From Histomonas meleagridis 2922-C6/04-290x (lineage: Eukaryota > Protista > Parabasalia): 64,000 nt of DNA. This document shows positions 1 to 9,829 of the stretch, one piece after another. Where the stretch lies: NCBI GenBank assembly GCA_020184695.1, contig JAANOX010000214.1, positions 62,001 to 126,000 on the forward strand, given 5' to 3'. Every line of letters begins with the position of its first letter. Position 1 is the first letter of the stretch. A model generated the notes under the pieces. That model searched no databases. It was not told the DNA's origin and saw nothing but the letters and a program-made list of their open reading frames with translations. The position numbers and the translations under genes were made by a program.

Positions 1-3000
1 ATATCCGATTCATTTTCAAAGTTTAATACGCTTGAAGCTTTTCTAATTGTCGATAAAAGGTTTTCAAGTTTATGATGATGTTGTTGAAGAATACCAGCAG
101 CTTCAGGTACATCACGTAAAGCTTCGAACATTGTCGCAATTGTTTGTATAATATATGGATGAATATCTTTTTTAGAAGGGTTATTCATAATTAAATCACA
201 TAATGAATTAAATGCATCATCAAAAACTTTCATCATTAACATATTACGATTATATTTTTCGAATAATTCTCTTAACAATATAACACTTGCATTAATAACT
301 CTTTCATTTCGTGAACTTAATCCTTGTTGAATTAATCCTAAACAATGATTAATTTGTTGTTCATTAAGTGCAGGTGGGAAACATTTAACTAATAATGATA
401 ATGTCATTAATCCTTCTTCATAGATAAGACAATTTTGTTTTTGGATTAAACCAAATAGTAATTGGACAGTAGCTTGGAATTGATCTGGTGTAACAGTTGT
501 TTTAATTTTTAATATGAATGAAGTGATTATCGAACAAAGTCCTGCTTGATAAGAATATAAAACACCTTCAGACATAAAACCATTTGCTGATTTCGCTAAA
601 GTTTGAAATGTTTGTCCAAATAAGACTGATAACATTGGAATGTTCTCAGATTTCATATTCGATATTAAACCACAAACTCCTTCTGTTATTGATGTGATAG
701 TACTAATTTTACTACTTTCATCACTACTTTCTGATTTGAGAACAAAATCTAACATACATTGGAACATATTATAAATTTGTTCAAAATATTGTGGTATGAT
801 TGATTCATATGAATTCTTTTGAGAATATACACCTGATAAATAATATAATATCGTGGAATATCGTCCGATGATTATTAGTTCTTGTGGTGGTGGTAGTATA
901 ATGTCTAATATGATTTTAATTGCATGGCGTGGATCAGATGCATTAGTGACTAAATCTGGATAATATTTTAATATTAATGACAGAACAAATAACGCTGTTT
1001 CTCTTAAATGTGGGGGTTGTTGTGACGAACAACATTCAACAACTTGATCAAGTACACTTGCTAAAAATGGTATAAATGCATTCGGATTTGTCGGACGTTC
1101 TAATATCGAATATATAAGTAATAATGCTGTATGTAAGTGTACCCAATTTTGTCCATTATTAATTAATTCCTTTGCTCGATTAGTACATAGATTAAATACA
1201 ATATCTGGCTCGACTTTATATATGGCTTGTAAAGTAGATGCAACAAACATATGTGGCTTTCGGGTTGTTTCGGTTTCAATCTCGATATCATTAGGATCAA
1301 TTGAAAGTAAAATGTTATAAAAGTTTTCGAAATACTCTTGAACAGCTGTTCTTGATAAATGTAACATTTCGCATTTGAATGTTGGGTTTGTTCGATATGA
1401 ATTTTCAAATTTTGCAAGTTCTTTCCAGAAATATATCGAAATGCTTTGATAATTAGGATCGATCATACTCATTCCTTGTGATACATAACCACTTATAATA
1501 TTCATGAAATTAGGTGAAAGAGGATAAAATTTCTTAATAATAAGAAGCATAATTTGATGAAGCGTTTTGAAAAGGTTCAAACTTAAAATAGAAATTGAGG
1601 GCTGAATACTTTGAAGAATTAGTGGAATCTTTGCTTGAACATTGTCATTAATTAATGAATCTGAAAGATGTAATATTGATAAATAGATTCCATGGCCTGC
1701 TGCTTGTCGAACTTCAGATGTTATAAGTTCTGGCATTTGTTCACTTGGTGTACTAAGTACTTTCAAAGCGCTAGCAAAAAAAATATTATAAATTGGCATG
1801 AGCTCATCAGTTTTAAGTTCTTGTTCGAAATTGGATAAATTAAGAATTTCCGTATAAATTTTGAACGATGTAATTAATGCATGAACGGAATTAACTGTGA
1901 GTGTCACAACATTATTTGCAATTTGTTGAAGAGTTTCAACCCATTGACCTGCTTCAATACCAAAAATAAATGCAAAGATTTGACATGAAACTTCTTGAAT
2001 AATTTTATCATAATCATTAATTGTGGTGGTAATTAAGTTTTTAAGATTATCAGCAAAACCATTGATAGACCATAGTTGTTTAACAATGAAATCACGACGT
2101 TTTGGTGTTTGTGGATTGAGTAAATAAGATATAAATATTGCACAATATCGTCTTGTATTGATTGGATTATTAACATTTGATAATAAAATACAAAACTTTT
2201 GTGCTTCATTTGGATTGTTATTAAGGATATCATTGATAATTACGTCGACTTGATCATACTCTTCTTTGTTATTAAGGTCAATAAGTTGCTCGAAAATTTT
2301 GTCAAAAATTTGTCCTTCATTAGAATTAGTTTCTGGTGTAACTTGTTTAGCTTCTTCTTCTTGTTTCACTTGTAACCAAGCTTCAGGTGTAAGATCAGAT
2401 TCCATATTTGGTAATGATAATTGAATTGGTCCATTTGCAACATCAAATTGTACACGTGAAATGGTATTGTTGGTAAGGAATAATGATAATGTCATTAAAG
2501 TTGTCCCATTTGGTTTCTCATATAATGGTAATGCATTATACATAGAAACTTCATGTGTATATACTAATAAATCATTTAATGTGTTTCCATCAAGTAAATA
2601 TACTTTGTTTCCATTGAAAGAACATGAAATGATAATGCCACTGAAATGTGATGTGACATTGAGTGAATTTCCTCCTCCATCAGAAAATTGGCGCTTCGCT
2701 TTTTCGGTAAGATTTTCATCATAGATACAAAGTTCTTGTTTACCATTCGCTGAATGTGATAAAAGAACACGACGTCCTGAAAGTGAATGAAGAAATCCTA
2801 AACTACTTGTTGGAGATGCTTTGATTTCATGGAATACTTTGTTTCCTCGAACATCCCAAACTTTAATTGTCATGTCAAGATAAAGAGCAAAAAGAAGTGT
2901 GCCATCATCTGACCATGAAATAGAATTTAAAAGATTAGAATGAACAAGATCAATAAGTGGTTTGGTAAGAGATTTGTCAAAGAGTTGGATGTGTCCATTC

Positions 3001-3394
3001 TTTAAACCAACAGCAATAAGGTTTTTTGCTTGTGGATGAAATGAAGCACATTTAATTTCTTCTTTTGTGTCAAATTGTGAAAAAGGTTGAGTGATATCAG
3101 CATTAATACCACTTTCTGGTATGTTCCAGAATGAAAGAATACCAGATGATGTTCCAATGAATAGAGTTGTTTGTTCAAATGGACTTAATGCAACAGCTGT
3201 TATTTTTTTGCCTGGTGGCTTTACACAAGGTTGTTTAAGGCCGAATTTGCTTGGATTATCATTACGAACAACTATCACATGTTGCTCTTGATTTGCTATT
3301 TCTGTTCCTGGAAAAGCACAGAATGTTTTGTTGATAGTAAAAAGCAAATTGTCCTTAAAGATGGTACAACAGGTGCTTTCATGTTTGCATACAT
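1..3394 (-). CDS. Coronin-like WD40 propeller fused to an importin-beta/karyopherin-like HEAT solenoid (3' end runs off the window; apparent -1 frameshift at 3339-3343)
   Basis: Manual translation, with the frame checked at Trp codons 2858, 2378, 1943 and 1427, gives one open frame from about 3340 to base 3. It is absent from the ORF track because no stop lies in the window. Coronin-like: AVALSPFEQTTLFIG..LSFWNIPESGINADITQP..ASFHPQAKNLIA..ISWSDDG..IKVWDVR and DLTPEAWLQ. Importin-beta N-terminal-like: LLSNVNNPINTRRYCAIFISYLLNPQ..QLWSIN..QIFAFIFGIEAGQWVETLQQI. Likely ATG is 3394 (MYANMK) in the adjacent frame. Confidence 0.8.
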
Positions 3395-4072
3395 TGGTCG
3401 TATCTAGAGAAATGAGGTTTCACTAAAAAATGACATTACAATTCTTGTCAAAAAATGTAACGATACGTTCAAATTGTCACAAGTGAAGTTGATGAAACCG
3501 TAAAAGTGATATGACCGGGTGTAAAGTGAAAAAACAATTTGACAAATTTGTAATATTCAATTTTGATAATTAAAATGGTCTTATATTTGAGGTTGCAACT
3601 GGCTGTTGGATCAATTATCATGGAATTTATTCATTTCCAATAAAAATCTTTCTCAATTTGAATCGTATATTGAATTTATCATAAAAAAGAAATATATAAT
3701 AAATTTTTATGTCAAGACAAAAGAAATCAATGATATTAAAGTTTTAAAAATATATTGTGTGTAATTATTAATCAAAAATAAATACAGCTAATGACACATT
3801 AGAATACAGAATCATTAATTTCTCATATTCATAATATAATAAATGGAGTATAGCCAAAGGGAACAAAAGAATTCAAATTTTAAAGATATTTTATACCAAA
3901 ATTTTAATAAAATAATTTGTCTTTCAACACAGATATCAAAAATTATTAATTAGATTTATGTTATTTCTACATGAATCAATTTCTAGATCTAACCAAAGAT
4001 AACATATTTTAATACACAAATCTTATAATAAAAATAATTATTCAAAAATCATAAAATTATTCACAACATTTT

Positions 4073-5218
4073 TTAATTATTATTCAAACACTTTTGTGCA
4101 TCATTTTCCAATTCATCAGCAATATGCTTAATTTCCATAATAATTTTACCAATTTCTTCATCCGATGGTTTTATTTCTTGTAAATATTGGCACAGTTTAA
4201 ACTTCTTTTGTTCCAAAGCATCCAAATATGGAAACGAATTATTTTTATCAATCAAATTTTCATTTAAATATGAACATTTTCGTGTTATTTCACTAATATA
4301 TCTAGATAATATTTCCAAATCTTTTCTTGTAATTTTGAAGTTTTTAATTTCATCACAAAAAAGTTTTAATTCATTTGAAATTGTTATTAAATCATTCGGA
4401 AGTTTTGTAATGGATAAATTCGATGTTAAAATGTTATTACATTTCTGGACTTTTATTCGTTTGATTTCTTCCTCTTCTTGTGATTGGCCTAATTGTAAAG
4501 TAATTTCATGAAGTTGTTCTTTTCTATTGTTTACTTCGGCAAAAAGTTTTTGCGCAATTGTATACATTGGAATTATGTTGTCGAGAATGGAATATTTCTC
4601 ACATGAAACAAGAAGTTCAAGTGCTTCGTTTGGTATATTTTGGATGTCTTCATCAGTTAGAAATGTTTTCGTAAGATTAGGAAATGAAATACAACATTCA
4701 AAATAAAAAGTGTATCTTGAAAGATCTGATGTAAACTTGGATTCAGTTGAGTGTTTGACAGAAATTAATATGGTGGGATCAAATTGAGAGAGATTTGAAC
4801 CGCTATAAATTTCTTCAATATGTTGATAAAGATAATTGAGATATTTATTTTCGTTTGGTTTCTGTATTAAACGAAAACATATGTTTTGTGGTGATAATGG
4901 GAGTTGAATTGATGTTTCTGTTAGCTTGATAAGTGATGAAATTTTAAGATGATCTGCAATTTGATGAATATATAAATCATTAAATGGTGTTATATTAATT
5001 TTCTTTCCATGTAAATAATCGATGACAACAGGGAAACAATTGTACTTATCTTCAATGTTTAAATTAATTTCATTATTTGTTAAATCTATCCCTGACAAGG
5101 TTTTAAACAAATCTTTGTTTACACTGTACTTTCTCCCGTTGAAATTTATTGTCAAGTCATCTGGTAAGGATGATATAAATTGCTGTAGTTGTTCAAAAGA
5201 CAGTTGTTGTTTTTTCAT
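4073..5218 (-). CDS. BTB/POZ-like domain protein with C-terminal coiled coil
   Basis: 385-aa ORF with first ATG at 5218. DLTINFNGRKYSVNK...VVIDYLHGKKINIT...IADHLKISSL resembles a BTB fold; the C-terminal half is heptad-rich. Confidence 0.7.
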   Translation of the reverse strand: MKKQQLSFEQLQQFISSLPDDLTINFNGRKYSVNKDLFKTLSGIDLTNNEINLNIEDKYNCFPVVIDYLHGKKINITPFNDLYIHQIADHLKISSLIKLTETSIQLPLSPQNICFRLIQKPNENKYLNYLYQHIEEIYSGSNLSQFDPTILISVKHSTESKFTSDLSRYTFYFECCISFPNLTKTFLTDEDIQNIPNEALELLVSCEKYSILDNIIPMYTIAQKLFAEVNNRKEQLHEITLQLGQSQEEEEIKRIKVQKCNNILTSNLSITKLPNDLITISNELKLFCDEIKNFKITRKDLEILSRYISEITRKCSYLNENLIDKNNSFPYLDALEQKKFKLCQYLQEIKPSDEEIGKIIMEIKHIADELENDAQKCLNNN

Positions 5219-5513
5219 CAAGAATGCCAAAAATATTTCCTTTGAATTCTTGATTACAATATGAACTTTGAATGAGGTTATTACTCATTTTTTCTAAAAT
5301 TCTTTCTTTCATGATGTATTTATATAAATTTAGATCATTTTCAACTTATACCAATTTCTTATAATAAATTTAGTTAAATAAATTTAAGTAAATCCTTAAA
5401 CAAAGATAGAAATTATTTATACGAACAGACTTGAGAAATGAATGATGAAAATAAAATGTCATTTTGAGCTTATATAAATTGAAAGATAATATTTTTTCAA
5501 TTTTTTTACCAAA

Positions 5514-5520
5514 TCATTTT
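5514..5520 (+). promoter_or_regulatory. Trichomonad Inr-like element (TCATTTT)
   Basis: TCATTTT lies immediately before ATG 5522 and matches the established trichomonad initiator consensus. Confidence 0.55.
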
Positions 5521-5521
5521 T

Positions 5522-7573
5522 ATGGAAGAAAACCAAAGTAAAGAAAATGAAGTTAATGTCCCTTATACTCAACAATCCCTACCTCCTTTTGGGCGAATAT
5601 TAGAAATTCTTGAACAAATAATTTTCGATTTAAAAGAAGATCAAATAAATGAATCAGCTAACAAAATATTCAAATTATTTGAGTTTAATTTTCCTTGTTC
5701 ACCTTATGATATTATTAGTCAAATAATTTATTCATCTTTTGTTTCACAAATGAATGATTTTAAACCATATTTTTCTTTGATTAAAATTATAAATGAAAAT
5801 AATCATGAAATAATAAATGCATTTTCACAGTTTCTACTTTCTTTAGATTCACAAGAGTCTTTTTTTCTTCTCGAGAAGTTGATTGATTATAAATTTATAT
5901 CACCAAATTTGGTTACAAATAAAATGAAAATATTTTTTGCTCATCACATGTTAGAAGAAGACATAGATCGATTAAAATATAGAGCATTTAGTGGATATTT
6001 CTTTAAAAATATTGAAGAACTCAGAAAAAACAATTGGGAACTTCATAAGAAATTAATTGAAGAAGGAGTTAATACGAATGAAATATCGAAAATAATTCGA
6101 AATGATGAAATCGAAAAACTTCAAGAAATATCATCACAAACAAAATTTGATTTTAATCAAACTATTGAGCCATCGCTTTATGAAAGATGTGACTTTATTA
6201 ATCATGAAAATGTTACATTAATTGATTATGCAGCATTTTTTGGATCAATTAAATGTTTTAAATATTTACTTATGAATGGTTCTAATATAAAAAACTGTGG
6301 AAAATATGCTGTTGTGAGTGGAAATCTTGAAATAATTCATTTGTGTGAACAAAATCATTCTTCATTCGAAGGTTCTTTAGAAGCAGCAATTGAGTTTCAT
6401 AGAAATGATATCTTTAAATATTTATGTGAAAATGAAGTTGTTGAACCTTTTGATAATATTTCTAAATTATTTTTGTTTTCAAATAAACTTGTTAATGTTA
6501 GACTTTTTAATTATGTTCTTAGCCAAAAAAGAACTGACATAAATGTAAGAAATGTAAATTTGTTTTGTTTAAAATTTTTTAATAAAATTTGGAAATTATT
6601 TTTAATATATAAAACTCCACTTATGTTTGCATCGGAACATGATAATATAGTAATTGCACAATTACTTCTTGAAAAAAAAGGAATTGAATTAAATGCTAAA
6701 GAATTTTATTTGTTCTTAATGAAATTTAATTTGATTATTTAAAGTTAATATATGTATTTTGATGTTCCATAAAATTTTTTCAAATTTATGTAAAATATTT
6801 TGGACTGCATTAATGTTTGCATCTGATAATGGACATTATAGAATGGTTAAATTACTTCTTGAGCAAAAAGGAATCGATATTAATGCTAAAGATGTACATT
6901 TGTTACTTCTTGGATTTATTTTATTAATTCGATATTCAAAAAAATTAATTGGAATTTTATCAAATAATTTTCTACAGCACTTATGATAGCTTCTGAAAAA
7001 GGTAGAAATGATATTGTTGAATTACTTCTTGAACAAGACGGAATTGATGTTAATGTTAAAAATATTTAATGTTTTTAATTCATGTTTTTTTTAAATGTTT
7101 TGCTATATTTATATAAGATATAAGGAAATAATTTTAATTACTTGAAACAGCTCTTATGATTGCAATCAATCACAATCGAATTGAAATTATGAAATTACTT
7201 CTTAAACATAAAAAAATTGATGTTAATGCAAAAGAAATTTATTAATTTTATTCAAAGTTTAATTTCTCAATTTATTGCTATTCTAAAAATATATTTGGTG
7301 TTTTTTTATTTTATTTTGGACTGCTCTTATAAAGGCTACTCGATCTAATAAAGTTGAAATGGTGAAACTTCTTCTTGAACATGATGGAACTGATATCAAT
7401 ATCAAATCTATGAATATAAAATATTTGATGTTTGTATTGATTGTTTAATTTTTCGAAATAATATTTGAAGTATATTCAATTTATTTAAAACAGCATTAAT
7501 GATTGCATCAGAAAGAGGTTACAATGAAATTGTTAAATTACTGACTAATTATGAAAAATTTAAGAAAAAGTAA
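5522..7573 (+). CDS. DUF3447-type ankyrin-repeat protein whose six ankyrin repeats are separated by non-coding-looking spacers
   Basis: DUF3447-like block (TLIDYAAFFGSIKCFKYLLMNG..YAVVSGNLEIIHLCEQ). Ankyrin bodies at 6611-6703, 6801-6893, 6971-7063, 7144-7236, 7317-7409 (93 nt each) and 7487-7573 (stop). All bodies are stop-free and begin xT(A/P)L(M/I). Confidence 0.85.
6554..7486 (+). repeat. Periodic array: 93-nt ankyrin body plus 57-97 nt AT-rich spacer (period 170-190 nt)
   Basis: Spacers at 6554-6610, 6704-6800, 6894-6970, 7064-7143, 7237-7316 and 7410-7486 (57, 97, 77, 80, 80, 77 nt). Body starts are spaced 190, 170, 173, 173 and 170 nt apart. Confidence 0.9.
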
Positions 7574-7803
7574 AAAAAAATGTTTACTTACTTTCCCATA
7601 CATATGTTCCAAATATTTTATATAATATCATTAAATTTTTATTCCCCAATACATTCTTTTGGTTTCAAAAAAAATGTTATATTTGTCTACATTAAACTAA
7701 TACATTAAATTTTTTTCTTTTTGATAAGTTTTATAACTTTATTTTTATATTTTATTTGAAAATATTGGAAAAAAATTTTTAATTTTTTAAATCAAATCAT
7801 TTT

Positions 7804-7910
7804 ATGGAAAAAAGAGAAAATTTCAAACCCCGTTCAACAACATCAAACCAATTTAGTAATCGAAGTTTTAATTCACAATGTAATATCAAATCTTTCCATG
7901 GGTATTAATT
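7804..7910 (+). pseudogene. Possible 5' remnant of a paralogue of the upstream ankyrin gene
   Basis: Same AAATCATTTT..ATGGAA start context as 5511-5527. There is weak similarity to the 5522 N-terminus across a frameshift, and it ends just before the mariner. Confidence 0.3.
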
Positions 7911-7974
7911 GAATATTCATCCAAAGAGACCAATTTAAACAATCTCTCTCTCTCTCTATAAATATATATATATA

Positions 7975-9191
7975 CAGGGGGGGCAAAAAGTAATGAGCCC
8001 CCACCCTAACTCTAAATAATAAAATTATATAAATAAAACATATATTTTTTATAAGATTAGAAAGTGTATAAAATTTTTGTTTATTATGACATTTGAATAT
8101 ATTTGCTATATAATGAGATTTTTTTGTTTAAATATGTCGATAGTCAAGAAAACGTTAAAATGTTACATTTCATGAATCCCTCCGAAAAGTGGGAACAGCG
8201 AATTATCATCAAATATTGCTCTATCTTTGAAGAGAAAGGCTTCAAAGGTTCAAAAATTGTAATTTTTCGTGTATGGACAAGGAACGTGCGGAAGACCCCC
8301 TTCAAATCTTTTTTATTAATTTTAAATTACCTTCAAAAGTTTCCATATTATTTATGCCAAAAAATAGCACAGTACTTCGACATCTCACATCACATTGTGA
8401 AAGAAATTCTACAAAGGGATCTGCAGATTAGAAAATATTCAGAGAAGTGAATGCCGTATTAATTGTCAAATGTTGACAAAAAGTGTTGAGTCGAAAGTGC
8501 AAATGGGATCCCATTCTCGAAGAACTTAGTTATGATGCACAAAATAATTATGAACATATATAAAAAAAAGATGAATCGTGGTATATATAGTTAAATCAAG
8601 TTTAATGTTTGCACAATTCCGAGAAAAAGTAGATTTAAGAATTCATCAGACAATTCCATCGAAGGAAACTTTGATCACAGGTACTAATTTGATTGCTATT
8701 GAAGACCTGCCAAAAGGAAGAAGGTTCACTCAAGATTATTTTATTGATAATATAAATAACATGATATCCAATGCAAATAGGAGATTTCTGTAAAAAAAAT
8801 TGTCTGAATTGTAGAATTAATCTGGACAATGCAAAATCTCACATTGTATCAAAAGTAACTCAATTTCTGGCCGATAAAGAACTAATTGAAATCCACACCA
8901 ACCATATAGTCCAGACATGTGTTCTTGTGATTTCTGGTTTATTGGAAGATCTAAAAAACTCTTAAAGGATGTGGAAATAACGGATTCTGAAATGATTGTC
9001 GATAAATTAATTGACATATGGAATGGGATCTATTTTGAGGAAAATTAAGTGGTATATAGGGAATGGGAAAAAAGATGTATATGAATTATTGAACACGAAA
9101 TGGAGTAATATCCATTACAATAAGCAAAAACAATTTTTATATTATATTCATCAGAATAGGGGTGGGCTCATTATTACTTTTTACCCCTCTA
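7975..9191 (+). mobile_element. Degenerate Tc1/mariner DNA transposon
   Basis: Left TIR TA|CAGGGGGGGCAAAAAGTAATGAGCCCCCACCC matches the reverse complement of about 9155-9191 (GAGGGGTAAAAAGTAATAATGAGCCCACCCC), with TA flanks. Fragmented transposase: NLDNAKSH, then PHQPYSPDMCSCDFWFIG in another frame. Confidence 0.9.
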
Positions 9192-9829
9192 TATATATTG
9201 CAATTTTAATAAGAACATTGGAACGTCTTTGTAAACCATATATAATGGCATTGAAACGAATTAGATATCCAAACAAGAAAAAGCTATTCATTTTTATATC
9301 TGCAGAAACAAAGAAATTATTTATTAATAATTAGGTAATTTTATTAATAATGTGTTTATAAGTATTTCTAATGTGATGAGGCTTGTTTCAAAATTTAGTT
9401 ATAACTAAAACAGAAAAAGTATTCATTTTAATAATTTGGAATTTTTTTAAATAATTTAAAATATGTTTTAATTATTTAGAATATGTTTTAATAATTAAGG
9501 GAGACTTCATTTGCAGTAAAACATGAAATCAAGTTTCACTAAGCATAATATGTTTCAAAATAATTTAACAACATTAGAAAAAATGCTCAAACTCCTTAAA
9601 ACCCTCCTAATACATAAAAGATTGATTTCGTTTTTCTAAAAGTTTTGTTGTGATTCATCAAAAAATGATCGATAGCTTTTTTTGAATTGTTTATCAGACG
9701 ACAAAAATTCAGTAAATATCAAATTTCTTCAACTGAGAAACAATCGTTCAAGCTTGAACGGCGAATTTTCCTAAAAAGTGCTTTTACACTTTTGTTCGTA
9801 AAGATTTTAACGTTTTTTAACACGAAAGA

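Noticed and set aside
1163-3291. Short ORFs in the track at 1163-1417, 2033-2233, 2461-2724, 2576-2770 and 3091-3291
   Set aside because: They are alternative-frame or antisense shadows of the long coronin-importin frame.
6894-6977. Canonical GT..AG intron (GTACAT...CTACAG) in ankyrin spacer 3
   Set aside because: Splicing there gives GAT|CAC TTA TGA, which is out of frame with an immediate stop. The AG belongs to the Thr-Ala codons of the next repeat, and the other spacers have no AG at their junction.
7064-7146. Ribosomal bypassing (matched take-off/landing codons) over the spacers
   Set aside because: Spacer 4 has ATT before TAA, but the landing frame offers only CTT and TTA after another stop. 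No consistent matched codon was found in the other spacers.
6585-7469. The -20 GG as part of a 9-nt x-x-Gly micro-exon
   Set aside because: It gives KFG, LIG and IFG in three spacers but I-stop-G, IFE and FFQ in the others, with no splice dinucleotides around it. It is retained only as a positional motif.
6554-7486. Stop-codon readthrough or an alternative genetic code explaining the ankyrin spacers
   Set aside because: Five of six spacer lengths are not multiples of 3, so readthrough cannot restore the frame. All other genes use TAA/TAG/TGA as normal stops.
6554-7486. CRISPR-like repeat-spacer array
   Set aside because: The repeated units are divergent protein-coding ankyrin bodies in a eukaryote, not identical short repeats, and no cas genes are present.
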